DNA of 64,000 nucleotides from an uncultured Actinomycetota bacterium (GTDB taxonomy: Bacteria > Actinomycetota > Actinomycetes > JAHEKZ01): assembly GCA_963743915.1 (NCBI GenBank), contig CAVURN010000003.1, forward strand, positions 288,001 to 352,000. The letters are read 5' to 3'. A program made the position numbers and the translations under genes. Positions 42,210 through 55,167 of the stretch are shown in pieces; position 1 is the first letter of the stretch, and each line of letters begins with the position of its first letter. A model generated the notes under the pieces. That model saw nothing but the letters and a program-made list of their open reading frames with translations, was not told the DNA's origin and did no database searches.

Positions 42210-43732
42210 AGACCGAGCGAGCTCCAGTCACCCGTGATCGCGCATGTGATCCCGGGCACCTGGATGTTGACGAACAACCACTGCCCATCGGGCGAGAAGC
42301 AGGCGCCCGCGAACTCCGAGAAGCCGATGCCGTCGCCGGCTGACTTGCCGTCGTCGGGCACGGTCGGGTCGTAGAGCTTGCCCGAGGCTTCGAGGTAGTG
42401 CTGCTGCACGCCTACGAGGTTCTCGGCGATCGTGACCATGGTTCCGTTCGGCCGAAGCCCGAGAACGCGGTTGCTCTTGAGGTTGCCGTCCTCGCAGATC
42501 ACGATCCCGCCGCCTGGACTCGTGCACATGTTGTCGGGGCCGTCCAGCTCGGCGCGGGACGTCGACTCGAAGAGAAGCACAAGCTCACCTCGCTCGTTCA
42601 ACTCACCGATGTTGGCCGTCGGCGTGTACTGCCACACCTGGCCGAGGCCGGCGTCTCCACCTTCGGAGGATCCGAAGACCGCCGCACCGTCCCGGAAAGT
42701 GCATCCCTCTCCACCGAGGAACTTGGCAGCCCCCTTGGCGCGTCCCTGCTTGAACACGGCCGAGGCATCGTCTTCGGCATCCTTGGGGTTGGGGTCGTCG
42801 ATGGTGACCCAGTTGCACTCCAGGACCTCTCCCACCGTCTGGCCCACGATGGTGTTGTACTTCGGCTGACCCTTGACGCGCAGCATCTGCAGCGTCCCCT
42901 CGCGAAGGTTCGGGCGCTCTCCCTCGGTGTAGCTCGCCGGAAGGTACCGGTAGAACCCGTCAGGCCCTTCGTCCTCGGTGAGGTAGATGACTCCGGTCGC
43001 CGGGTCGACGGCGCCGGCCTCGTGGAGCATGCGCCCCATGGCTCGGTAGGGACGGGTGAACTTCGCGGCGTCCTTGGCCGGGTCGACCTCGAACACGTAC
43101 CCATGGGACCTCTTGCGCCCGGAGCTCACCCCAGCGACCGTCTCCTCACAGGTGAGCCAGGTGCCCCAGGGAGTCGGAGCGCCTGCGCAGTTGGTGTCGG
43201 TGCCGTTGAGGCTGATCCACGAGCCGAGGTACTCGGCGTTGGAGGCGTCGAGCTCGAGGGTCACGGTGCCGCCCGGTGCCTTCCGGTCCCATGCGGTGCT
43301 GGGATCCCCGATGACGGTGCCGGCCGGGATGTCGTTGCCCTCCCCGAGCTCGTGGTTGCGCACCAGACGCCACGTGCCGTCCTCCATGTCGAAGCAGGCC
43401 ATGCCGTCGTGGATGGGCGGGGTGATGTAGCCGTCGCTCATCGCAGACCCGAAGGCGCCGAAGGTGTGGTAACTGAACCCGGGAGGGAGGGCGAGCTCGC
43501 TGCCGGTTGCCGACAGCGAGGCGGTGGTGGGCCGGACGGTCCGCAGGCTGCCCTGGAGCATGGCGGCCCCGGCCGCGGGGTTGTGCGCCATGACGCCGGC
43601 GCTGGCGACGGCGGTCCCGAGCAGGCCGAGTCGGAGGAAGTGGCGGCGGTCAACCGAGCCGCGACGTCCCCTGCCGTCGGCGCGCGGATCGGAGCTGTCG
43701 GATGGGGTGCTGGACGAGTGGGGGGAGCTCAT
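42206..43732 (-). CDS. Tat-exported PhoX-family (DUF839) alkaline phosphatase
   Basis: DRRHFL Tat motif; HDGM, LVRNHE, NCAGAPTPWGTWLTCEE, GPDN, ICEDG and EFAGACFSPDG..LFVNIQ. Confidence 0.9.
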
Positions 43733-43771
43733 GGTCACCTCTTAGGGTGTGACACACCGACTGGTGTGTTC

Positions 43772-43785
43772 GATTGTCAACAATC
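43772..43785. promoter_or_regulatory. Putative GntR/FCD operator GATTGTCAACAATC overlapping a TTGACA hexamer
   Basis: Near-perfect palindrome about 40 bp upstream of the operon start; resembles TTGTCGACAA-type FadR-subfamily sites. Confidence 0.65.
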
Positions 43786-43836
43786 CGGCACTCTAGGTGA
43801 GACTGCTCCGCCTGACAAGGTCCAAGGGGTGAGACC

Positions 43837-44367
43837 GTGATCAGCACTCGGCCCGCCCCCGCGCGGGTGCTCTGCCTGTCCTGTCCGACTGAGGACCTCG
43901 CGGCGCTGCCTGCCGTGCTGCGACACTTCGGTCGGGCGCTGGTGCCGGCCGGGGGTGCCGGCGACCTTGCCCAGGCGGCGGGCGTCGACGAGCTCTACCT
44001 TGTAGAGGTCGCCGCAGACGGGCCCCTAGCGGCGGTCACCTGGCGGGCGCGGCTCGCCCTGAGCACCCCGTTGACCGACCCCGATCCTGGTCTGCTGCTC
44101 CCTGCGTCATGGCACGCCCGTCACCCCCTCGCGTACCGCGCTGCCCGCACCCCCCACCTACCTGCCCACCCCGAGGCCGACGGGCGGGACGACGACTGGG
44201 ACGACGAGGACGAGTCACCCCCTGGTCAGGTCTTCGTTCCGATCATGGCTCTCGACCCGGTGACACGGGCGGAGTGGGTGTTCACCAACGAACTCGTCCC
44301 CAAGCAGCAACGGCGCGGACGGCGTTTTGCTCCCCGCGTCCCGACGCTTGTCCACCTGCCTGACTGA
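43837..44367 (+). CDS. Hypothetical protein
   Basis: 176-aa ORF filling the gap, divergent from the PhoX operon; acidic stretch DDDWDDEDE; no recognised motif. Confidence 0.55.
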   Translation: MISTRPAPARVLCLSCPTEDLAALPAVLRHFGRALVPAGGAGDLAQAAGVDELYLVEVAADGPLAAVTWRARLALSTPLTDPDPGLLLPASWHARHPLAYRAARTPHLPAHPEADGRDDDWDDEDESPPGQVFVPIMALDPVTRAEWVFTNELVPKQQRRGRRFAPRVPTLVHLPD

Positions 44368-44410
44368 ACCCGGCATCACGGTGTCGCAGGCACGCCCACT
44401 GCGTCGCCGA

Positions 44411-44917
44411 TCAGCCGCGGGCGATCCAGTGGGTGGGACCCGCGACGTCGACGTCGGCGTGGCCCAGGGCCTCGGTCAGCAGCCAGGGAGCGCGGACCGC
44501 GCCGTAGTTGCCTCGCCACAGGCAGGTGGAGGGGACCGTGACGGTGGCGGTCGTCGCCACCCAGGTGCTGGTGAGACCGGCGCAGCGGACGCGACCGCCG
44601 GCGTCGAGCAGGAAGTCGCGGTCCGCACCGTCGACCTCGTGGCGCACAGCGACACGCAACAATCCTCGATCGCGGGCCTTCAGGCCCATCACGGCGTACC
44701 CGTTGCGGTCAGCGCGAAAGTTCATGGTCACCGTGACGGCGTAGTCGCCGTTGTCCACGGTGGCCCCGACGATGTCGAGGCCGGGTCGCGACTGGTCGTT
44801 CGCCACGTCGGTCAGCGTCTCCTCCGCCGCCTGCGCGGCCGGCGCGAGGCCAAGAGTCAGGCCGACGCTCAACGCGCCGGCGACGGACAGGGACAGGATG
44901 CGGGCTGGTGTTGTCAT
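44411..44917 (-). CDS. Secreted hypothetical protein
   Basis: Signal peptide MTTPARILSLSVAGALSVGLTLGLAPAAQA followed by a beta-rich domain with two Cys. Confidence 0.65.
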   Translation of the reverse strand: MTTPARILSLSVAGALSVGLTLGLAPAAQAAEETLTDVANDQSRPGLDIVGATVDNGDYAVTVTMNFRADRNGYAVMGLKARDRGLLRVAVRHEVDGADRDFLLDAGGRVRCAGLTSTWVATTATVTVPSTCLWRGNYGAVRAPWLLTEALGHADVDVAGPTHWIARG

Positions 44918-45128
44918 GGCGAGGCACCGTACGCACTCGGCGAGATGCGCGCGTCGCTCATCCACAACCCACGCGGAATAGCGACAGGGAGCCGGTGTGT
45001 TGAGCGGCGCATGACAGCGCGCCAGATCTTCACCCGCGGGGTGGGCGGGTCGCGACGCGTGTCGCTCCGATGTCGCTGCGGCTGAGGTTCCGCACTCCAC
45101 GACCACCACCATCACACCGGAGCACGTC

Positions 45129-46019
45129 ATGTCGACTCGTCTTGTCACGCCCATCACCACACCCGCCGTCACCACGCCCTCACGCGCGTCGTCGTGGGTG
45201 GCCGAACACCCCTTGCTCGCGTTCTTCGCGTGGTTCTTCACCGTCGGTCAGCTGATCGCCTTCCTCCCGGTCATCGTGGAGGCGCAGGGGTTCGAGCTGC
45301 CGCGCCAGCCGTTCATCGTCGCCAGCACCCTGGTGGGGCTGCTGCTGCCTGCGGTCGTCATCACCACGCTGACCGAGGGTCGCGCTGCCTCTCGCCGCCT
45401 GCTGCGCAGCGCGGTGGCCTGGCGGCTGCCCGTCCGTTGGTACCTGCTGGCCCTGGGCGTCGTGCCGGCCACGTCGCTGCTCATCACCTGGTCCCTCCTG
45501 GGTTCGCCCAGCGATCTGGGCTTCGGCAGCGTCGCCAGTGCCCTCGTCGCCGGCTTGATGGTGCAGCTGGTGCTGACCTCGGTGCCCAACAACATCGCCG
45601 AGGAGGTCGCGTGGAGCGGGTTCGTGCAGTCACGGCTGCAGCGCACGCACCGACCGGCGGTCGCCGCGCTGATCACTGCGCCGCTCTTCGCGCTGCAGCA
45701 CGTCTCTCTGGCCGTCGGCGCCTCGGTCGGCGAGGCGGTGGTGCTGCTGGTCCTGCTGGCGGTGCTCTCCGTGCCCTTCCGGTTCCTGACCGGCTGGACC
45801 TACAACCGAACCGCCAGCCTGCTGCTCGTGGGCCTGCTGCATGGCGCCGGGAATGCCGTCGCCGGAGGGAGCGGGTTCGGTGAGGGTGCGCTTGCCCGGC
45901 TCTACCCGGACAGCGCAGTAGCGCTCATGGCGCACCTGCTGGCGTTCTTCGTGCTCGGCCTGGTGGTGCTCATCGCCAGCCGCGGACACCTGGGTGTCAC
46001 GACCGACCCACGGTCTTAG
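45129..46019 (+). CDS. CPBP (CAAX prenyl protease/Abi) family intramembrane metalloprotease
   Basis: AEEVAWSGF, FALQH and LLHGAGN motifs; multiple TM. Confidence 0.85.
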   Translation: MSTRLVTPITTPAVTTPSRASSWVAEHPLLAFFAWFFTVGQLIAFLPVIVEAQGFELPRQPFIVASTLVGLLLPAVVITTLTEGRAASRRLLRSAVAWRLPVRWYLLALGVVPATSLLITWSLLGSPSDLGFGSVASALVAGLMVQLVLTSVPNNIAEEVAWSGFVQSRLQRTHRPAVAALITAPLFALQHVSLAVGASVGEAVVLLVLLAVLSVPFRFLTGWTYNRTASLLLVGLLHGAGNAVAGGSGFGEGALARLYPDSAVALMAHLLAFFVLGLVVLIASRGHLGVTTDPRS

Positions 46020-46044
46020 CCGCGCCGGATGAGGTTCGGTTGGG

Positions 46045-46117
46045 TGGAGACGAGGGGAATCGAACCCCTAACCCCCGCCTTGCAAAGGCGGTGCTCTGCC
46101 AATTGAGCTACGTCCCC
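46045..46117 (-). tRNA. tRNA-Ala(TGC)
   Basis: GGGGACGTAGCTCAATTGGCAGAGCACCGCCTTTGCAAGGCGG...GGTTCGATTCCCCTCGTCTCCA. Confidence 0.96.
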
Positions 46118-46145
46118 GCGGGGTCTGGCGATCGGAGCGGGGTGG

Positions 46146-46289
46146 TCAGCGGAGGTCGACGACGGGGGCGTCGGCGTCGCTGACCGCCTCGTTCCAGAGG
46201 TCCTGCTCCGCCTTGTCGTTGGACACCTTGCGCCAGATGGCGAAGGCGCCAGCGGCGGCTGCGGCCAGGACGAGCAGCTTCTTCACCAT
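46146..46289 (-). CDS. DLW-39 family small protein
   Basis: MVKKLLVLAAAAAGAFAIWRKVSNDKAEQDLWNEA...; SD GGAGG; between tRNA-Ile and tRNA-Ala; not in the ORF track. Confidence 0.85.
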   Translation of the reverse strand: MVKKLLVLAAAAAGAFAIWRKVSNDKAEQDLWNEAVSDADAPVVDLR

Positions 46290-46318
46290 GACGCCTCCAG
46301 CTTCCGGGGATGGACCAG

Positions 46319-46393
46319 TGGGCCTAGATGGACTTGAACCATCGACCTCTTCCTTATCAGGGAAGCGCTCTAACCGAGCTGAGCTATAGGCCC
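46319..46393 (-). tRNA. tRNA-Ile(GAT)
   Basis: GGGCCTATAGCTCAGCTCGGTTAGAGCGCTTCCCTGATAAGGAAGAGGTCGATGGTTCAAGTCCATCTAGGCCCA. Confidence 0.96.
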
Positions 46394-46531
46394 GTGCCGA
46401 ACGAGAAGGCTACCGGACGCCAGGGGGCCACCCAAACCGGCCCGAGCCCCGCCCCACGCGGCCGAAAGCAACGCCAGGGCGCCACGATGCCCCGTCCTGC
46501 GGCGTGACCGTGGCGGTCTGCCGTAGAAATC

Positions 46532-47148
46532 TCAGGCTTCCTCGGTCGCCGAGACCTCCAGGCCACCCACCATGCTCGCAGCGAGGTTGAACAGGAAGGC
46601 CCCGATGGTGGCCAGCGCGGTGATCAGCACCACGTCGATCGCCCCGATGAGCAACGCGACCGACAGCACCTTGCCGAAGCTGAAGTACTGCGTGAGAGTC
46701 AGCGCCCCGTCACCCAGGACCGACTCGAGGCTGTCGTCGACCGAGGTGAACACGCCACCGGCCGACAGCATGACCCACAGCAGCATCAGCGCGACCACGG
46801 TGATGATCGCCGACGCGACCGACAGCAGGAACGACAGGCGCAGCACCGTCCACGGATCGATGCGGGTCACCGTCAGGTGGACGCGGCGCTGCCGAGGCAG
46901 GGCGACGCCACCAGACGGTGCCGGAGTGATCACGGCACCGGGTGGACTGGCGGTCACCGGTCGAGGCGGCGCCGCGGCCCGCTGGAGGGGCGCCTCCGTG
47001 TCCTTGGACGCCTCCGTGCCCTTGGACGGAGCGGCTACCGGCTGCGTGGGCGCCGTCTCGGACTTGGTCGACGGGGTCTCGCCCTTGACCGGGGTCGACG
47101 CGCCCTTGGTGGACGCCTCGCCGCTGGGGCGGCCGCCGCTGGTCGTGG

Positions 47149-47152
<4 letters not shown>
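46532..47152 (-). CDS. DUF3566 membrane protein
   Basis: [15 protein letters not shown]...[15 protein letters not shown]; follows gyrA. Confidence 0.9.
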
Positions 47153-49672
<2,520 letters not shown>

Positions 49673-49723
49673 CTGGTGTCCTTCGTCGGGGCGTGGTGGA
49701 GGAAGCGGGGGGCTGGGGGAGCA

Positions 49724-51697
49724 CTAGATGTCGAGGAAGCGGACGTCGCGCGCATTGCGCTGGATGAACCGTCGTCGCTCCTCGACGTCCTCACCCATGA
49801 GGGTCGAGAACGTCTCGTCGGCCTGGATGGCGTCGTCGAGGGTCACCTGGAGAAGAATCCGTCGCTCCGGGTCCATCGTGGTCTCCCACAGCTCGTCGGC
49901 GTTCATCTCGCCGAGACCCTTGTAGCGCTGGATCCCTTCGTCCTTGGGCAGCTTGCGTCCGGCCGCCACGCCGGCCTCGAGAAGCGCGTCGCGCTCGCGG
50001 TCGCTGTAGGCGTAGTCCGCGTCCTCACGCGACCACTTGACCTTGTACAGCGGCGGCTGCGCGAGGTAGACGTAGCCCTCTTCGATGAGCGGCCGCATGA
50101 AGCGGAAGAGCAGCGTCAGCAGCAGCGTGCGGATGTGCTGTCCGTCGACGTCGGCGTCTGCCATCAGCACGATCTTGTGGTAGCGCAGCTTGTCGAGGTC
50201 GAACTCTTCGTGCACGCCGGTGCCGAGCGCGGAGATGAGCGCCTGCACCTCGTTGTTCTGCAGGACCCGGTCGATGCGGGCCTTCTCGACGTTGAGGATC
50301 TTTCCGCGGATCGGCAGGATCGCCTGTGTCTGCGGGTTGCGTCCGTTGCGTGCGCTGCCACCGGCGGAGTCACCCTCGACGACGAAGACCTCGCACTCCT
50401 CGGGGTTGTTCGACGAGCAGTCGATCAGCTTGCCGGGCAGGCCGCCGCCGCCGAGCAGGCCCTTGCGGTTGCGCGCGAGGTCGCGAGCCTTGCGCGCGGC
50501 GATGCGGGCGGTGGCCGCGTTGATCGACTTGCGTGCGATCTCTTTGCCCTCGCCGGGGTTGGCGTCGAGCCACGCGGCCAGCTGCTCGTTGGTGACCTTC
50601 TGCACGAAGGTCTTGGCGTCGGTGTTGCCGAGCTTGGTCTTGGTCTGACCCTCGAACTGCGGTTCGCGGAGCTTGATGGAGACGATCGCCGTGAGCCCCT
50701 CGCGGATGTCCTCGCCGGAGAGGTTCGGGTCCTTGTCCTTCAGCAGGTTCCAGCGCTCCCGCGCGTAGCGGTTGACCAACGAGGTGAGCGCGGTGCGGAA
50801 GCCTTCTTCGTGCGCACCACCCTCGTGCGTGTTGATGGTGTTGGCGAAGGTGTGGACGCCTTCGGTGTAGTCACCGTTCCACTGCATCGCGATCTCGAGA
50901 CTCATGCCGAGGTCGGTGTCCTCGGCGCCGATCTCGATGACGTTGGGGTGCGCCGGGCCGGTCTTGCTGCGAGCGTTGATGTGCCGCACGAAGTCGGCGA
51001 TGCCGCCCTCGTAGTGGTAGACGACGCTGCGCGGCACCTCGGCGTCGAGGTCCTCGTCGTCGTCGGCCGAGACCGGACGCTCGTCGAGCAGCTCGAGGCG
51101 CAGACCACGGTTGAGGAAGGCCATCTCCTGGAACCGCTTGGAGAGCGTCTCGAACGAGTAGACGGTGGCTGTCGAACACCTCGTCGTCGGCCCAGAAGGT
51201 GATCCGTGGTGCCGGTGGTGTCGGTGGGCTCGCCCTTGGCCAGGTGGCGCGGTCGGGACGCCTCGGTCGTACGACTGACGCCACACGTGCCCGTCGCGGT
51301 GCACCTCGACGTCGAGCCTGGCAGGAGAGCGCGTTGACGACCGAGACACCGACGCCGTGGAGCCCACCGGAGACCGAGTAGCCGCCGCCGCCGAACTTGC
51401 CGCCGGCGTGCAGCACCGTGAGCACGACCTCGACGGCCGGCCGCTGCTCGACGGGGTGCAGGTCGACGGGGATGCCGCGGCCGTTGTCGATGACCGTGCA
51501 CCGATCCGTCGGCGTTGCAGGGTGACCGCGATGCTGTCGGCGTACCCGGCCATGGCCTCGTCGACCGAGTTGTCGACGACCTCGTAGACGAGGTGGTGCA
51601 GCCCTCGCTCGCCGGTGGAGCCGATGTACATGCCGGGGCGCTTGCGGACCGCGTCGAGGCCCTCGAGGACCTGGATGTCGGTGGCGTCGTAGGACAA
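49724..51697 (-). CDS. gyrB: DNA gyrase subunit B (frameshifts around 51170-51520)
   Basis: [40 protein letters not shown] and RYKGLGEM. Confidence 0.97.
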   Translation of the reverse strand: MSYDATDIQVLEGLDAVRKRPGMYIGSTGERGLHHLVYEVVDNSVDEAMAGYADSIAVTLQRRRIGARSSTTAAASPSTCTPSSSGRPSRSCSRCCTPAASSAAAATRSPVGSTASVSRSSTRSPARLDVEVHRDGHVWRQSYDRGVPTAPPGQGRAHRHHRHHGSPSGPTTRCSTATVYSFETLSKRFQEMAFLNRGLRLELLDERPVSADDDEDLDAEVPRSVVYHYEGGIADFVRHINARSKTGPAHPNVIEIGAEDTDLGMSLEIAMQWNGDYTEGVHTFANTINTHEGGAHEEGFRTALTSLVNRYARERWNLLKDKDPNLSGEDIREGLTAIVSIKLREPQFEGQTKTKLGNTDAKTFVQKVTNEQLAAWLDANPGEGKEIARKSINAATARIAARKARDLARNRKGLLGGGGLPGKLIDCSSNNPEECEVFVVEGDSAGGSARNGRNPQTQAILPIRGKILNVEKARIDRVLQNNEVQALISALGTGVHEEFDLDKLRYHKIVLMADADVDGQHIRTLLLTLLFRFMRPLIEEGYVYLAQPPLYKVKWSREDADYAYSDRERDALLEAGVAAGRKLPKDEGIQRYKGLGEMNADELWETTMDPERRILLQVTLDDAIQADETFSTLMGEDVEERRRFIQRNARDVRFLDI

Positions 51698-51921
51698 GAC
51701 TCGGGCTCCGTTCGGGGCCGCGCGAAGGCTGGGCGGGCGGCCCGGAGTAAGGGATGGGGTGTCGCGTCGATTCTAGCCTGTGCGGGCCACAGAACTGCCC
51801 TCAGAGGGCCGGTGACGTCGGTCAGACGCGCCCAGCACGGCAGGGTCCGACCACTCCCACGCGCCAGAGGGGTTTCGGGCCTCTGAGCGGCGTCCTCGGA
51901 AATCCGCCCAGGGGTCGGCCG

Positions 51922-52485
51922 TCACCCGTAGGTGTCCCGCGGGCCACGCCCCTTGACCCGGAGCCGTCCCTTCTTCCACGAGGGCCCGGCCGGTCCCAGG
52001 ACCTGCAGGTGGGTGACCGTCCCCGCGCCGAGGTCGTCGTTGAGGCGGGCCAGCAGCGTGGGGGCCAGCAGCCGCACCTGCGTGGCCCAGGCCGTCGAGT
52101 CGGTCCGGACGGTCAGGCGTCCGCCTTCGAACTCCTCCGGGACGCAGTGGGCCGCCACCTCAGGACCGACCAGCTGCGACCACCGGCCCTCGACGCCGCC
52201 GACCGCGAGCGCCTCGGCCCACCCCCGTTCGTCCACGAAGCGTTCGACGGTCTCTCCGACCGGCTGCGGATCCCGCTCGTCCGGATGCGCCCCGGAGAAC
52301 GCGGATGGCGACGAGGTCCGACGGCGTCGTGACGGGGCCTTGGCCCCGGACCGCCGGGCGCCGCCGGTGCGCGCCGACGACCGCGCCTGCGCCAGCAGCG
52401 CTCGGGTCAGGTCGGGCGAGTCGGCCTCCGGACGTCGGTCGTCGTCCGCGGCGCCACTGCGCACCGCTGCTGCCCTCATCGTCAC
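51922..52485 (-). CDS. DUF721/DciA family protein
   Basis: WSQLVG..VAAH, DSTAWATQ and GPSWKKG...GRGPRDTYG. Confidence 0.9.
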   Translation of the reverse strand: MTMRAAAVRSGAADDDRRPEADSPDLTRALLAQARSSARTGGARRSGAKAPSRRRRTSSPSAFSGAHPDERDPQPVGETVERFVDERGWAEALAVGGVEGRWSQLVGPEVAAHCVPEEFEGGRLTVRTDSTAWATQVRLLAPTLLARLNDDLGAGTVTHLQVLGPAGPSWKKGRLRVKGRGPRDTYG

Positions 52486-53610
52486 TGCTCACGCCGCACC
52501 TGCCCCGCGTCCACGACGAACCGCGCTCCGGACAGCGTAGGCGGGATGTCCTCGGCGACGGCAGCCGTGACCAGCACCTGCTCGGCGTCCTGCACCATCG
52601 CGGCCAGCTGGGTGCGGCGGGTGGTGTCGAGCTCGGCGAACACGTCGTCGAGCACCAGGACGGGGTCGTCACCGTCCTGGCGGAGCAGCGCGAAGGAACC
52701 GAGCCGCAGGGCCAGCACCATCGACCAGCTCTCTCCGTGCGAGGCGTAGCCCTTGGCCGGGTGGTCCCCGAGGAGCAGCACGAGGTCGTCCCGCTGCGGC
52801 CCGACCAGGGTCATCCCGCGCTGCAGCTCGTCCCGCTCCACCCGCTGGAGGGCGGCCGTCAGCGCCAGGGCCAGCTGCTCCCGCCCGGACACCTCACCGA
52901 GCGGCGAGCGGTCGAGCCAGGACGCCCGGTAGTCGAGCCGCGCGTCGCCGCCGGTGGGAGCGAGGTGCGCATAGGCCGAGGCGACCGGCTCGCGGAGCTC
53001 GTCGACGAGCGCGAGGCGGGACTCGAGCAGCTCGGACCCGAGCTGGACGAGGTGCTCGTCCCACACGGCGAGGGTCGAGGTGTCGAACGCACCACGCGTG
53101 CCCGCCGCACTCTTGAGCAGCGCGTTCCGCTGCTTCAGCACCCGGTCGTAGTCGGCCCGGACCCCCGCCAGGCGTGGGGTGCGCAGCACCATGAGCTCGT
53201 CGAGGAACGCCGCGTCTCCCCTCGGGCTCACCGCGCACGAGCCCGAGGTCCTCGGGCGCGAACACCACGGCGCGGAGCACTCCCAGCAGCTCGCGGGCTC
53301 GTGGCAACGGCGACTTGTTGATGCGCGCCCGGTTGCTCTTGCCCGGCACGATCTCCACCTCGAGGAGCAGCCGTCGCCCGTCCCGCACGACAGCAGCGCG
53401 CACCACGGCGCGGTCTGCACCGTGCCGCACCAGGGGGGCGTCGCCGGACACGCGGTGGCTGCCCAGGGTGGCCAGGTAGCCGATCGACTCGACCACGTTG
53501 GTCTTGCCCTGGCCGTTGCGTCCGACGAGGACGGTCACCCCCGGCTCCAGATCCAGCTGGGCGTGCGCGTACGAGCGGAAGTCGACCAGCTCGAGGGCGG
53601 TGACGTGCAC
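52482..53610 (-). CDS. recF: DNA replication/repair protein RecF (frameshift near 53220)
   Basis: [25 protein letters not shown] and LDDVFAELD. Confidence 0.96.
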
Positions 53611-53622
53611 CGAGCAGCCAGC

Positions 53623-54771
53623 TCAGCCCGAGAGGCGGACCGGCATGATCAGGTACCGGTAGCTGCCGTCGCTCGCCGCGTCGGCGTCGGTGCGTCCGGA
53701 GACCACTGCCGGCTTGGTCGGTGTGGTGAAGGAGATCTCGGTGTAGGCGGTGCCGAGTGCGGCGATGCCCTCCTGCAGGAACTGCGGGTTGAACGCGATG
53801 GTGATCGCCTCGCCGTCGTAGGCGCACGAGAGCGTCTCGACCGCCTGGGCCTCGTCTCCCGCTCCCGCCTCGACGGTGGCCTGACCGTCGTCGAACGTCA
53901 GGCGGACGGGGGTGTTGCGGTCCGCGACCAGCGCCACACGCTTGACGGTCTCGAGGAACGACGCCGACTCCAGGACGGCCACGGAGGTCGACTCCGACGG
54001 CAGCAGCGAGCGGTACTTGGGGAACTCCCCGTCGAGCAGGCGGTTGGTGGTGCGCCGGCTCTCACCGTGGGCGGACCCTTCGAACCCGATCAGCCCCTCA
54101 CCGCTGCCTCCGCCGGAGAGGGCGATCGTCACGGTGTCGGCGTCGGCGAGCGCGCGAGCGGTGTCGGCCAGTGACCGCCCTTGGACGAGCGCCACGGTGC
54201 TGAGGTCGGTGCGCCCCGGCTGCCACGCCAGCTCGCGGACCGCCAGGCGGTAGCGGTCGGTGGCCGCCAGGACGAGCCGGTCACCTTCGAACTCCACGCG
54301 GATGCCCGTCAGCACCGGCAGCGTGTCGTCCCGTCCGACGGCGACGGCCACCTGGGCGACGGCGGCCGCGAACGCGTCGCCGGCCAGGGTGCCCGCGGCG
54401 TCCGGCATGGCCGGCAGCGAGGGGTAGTCCTCGCGCGGCAGCGTCTGCAGGCTGAAGGTCGACGAGCCACAGGTCAGTCGGGCCTTGCGGTCGCCCTCGT
54501 CGGTGGCCACCTCGACGGGACGGTCCGGCAGGCTGCGGGTGATGTCGGCCAGCAGCCGCCCCGACACCAGGATCGCGCCGGCGTCGGCCACCTCGGCGGG
54601 GACGTCGACCCGCGCGGACACCTCGTAGTCGAACGAGCTCAGGGTCAGTCCACCCTCGTCCGCCTCGATCAGCAGCCCGGCGAGCACAGGTAGGGGTGGT
54701 CGGGCAGGCAGGCTGCGGGCCGCCCAGGCCACGGCCTCGGCGAACACGTCACGCTCGGCGCGGAACTTCAC
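53623..54771 (-). CDS. dnaN: DNA polymerase III beta clamp
   Basis: FDYEVSA, AATDRYRLA, RLLDGEFP, IAFNP and YLIMPVR. Confidence 0.97.
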   Translation of the reverse strand: MKFRAERDVFAEAVAWAARSLPARPPLPVLAGLLIEADEGGLTLSSFDYEVSARVDVPAEVADAGAILVSGRLLADITRSLPDRPVEVATDEGDRKARLTCGSSTFSLQTLPREDYPSLPAMPDAAGTLAGDAFAAAVAQVAVAVGRDDTLPVLTGIRVEFEGDRLVLAATDRYRLAVRELAWQPGRTDLSTVALVQGRSLADTARALADADTVTIALSGGGSGEGLIGFEGSAHGESRRTTNRLLDGEFPKYRSLLPSESTSVAVLESASFLETVKRVALVADRNTPVRLTFDDGQATVEAGAGDEAQAVETLSCAYDGEAITIAFNPQFLQEGIAALGTAYTEISFTTPTKPAVVSGRTDADAASDGSYRYLIMPVRLSG

Positions 54772-55167
54772 GCGGATCCTCCGGATCGGGCAAGGACTTC
54801 GGGGTCAGGTCAGGCAGGACAGGGCTGGATCGAGGAGTTCGTCACTCTACGTGGTCGTGGGGCGAGAGGCTTCGGGACACCTACTGCGGTGCTTGGGGGA
54901 GAGGAGATGAATCTTCTCGTCGTCGTCGTCGGTGCCGTGGACAGTGGGGACAACCACGATCGTCGCAGGTGGACGCGGCGCGTCCGGTGCACAGGCAGGT
55001 GTGGCCGGCGGGCGGCGGGCTGGTGACGGCTCGTGGACGCGGCGGTGAACGGCCGGTGACATCCACCGTTCGTCCCCAGGGAAAAGGCGATGATGGGCAA
55101 GCCGTCCACAGACTTGTCCCCAATGTGTGTACCCAGCGTGATCGCAGGGTGTGAGCGAACTGTCACG
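54772..55167. other. Chromosomal replication origin oriC (dnaA-dnaN intergenic)
   Basis: DnaA boxes CGTGGACAG (54936), TGGGGACAA (54945), CCGTCCACA (55102) and TTGTCCCCA (55114); trinucleotide array at 54913-54930. Confidence 0.88.
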
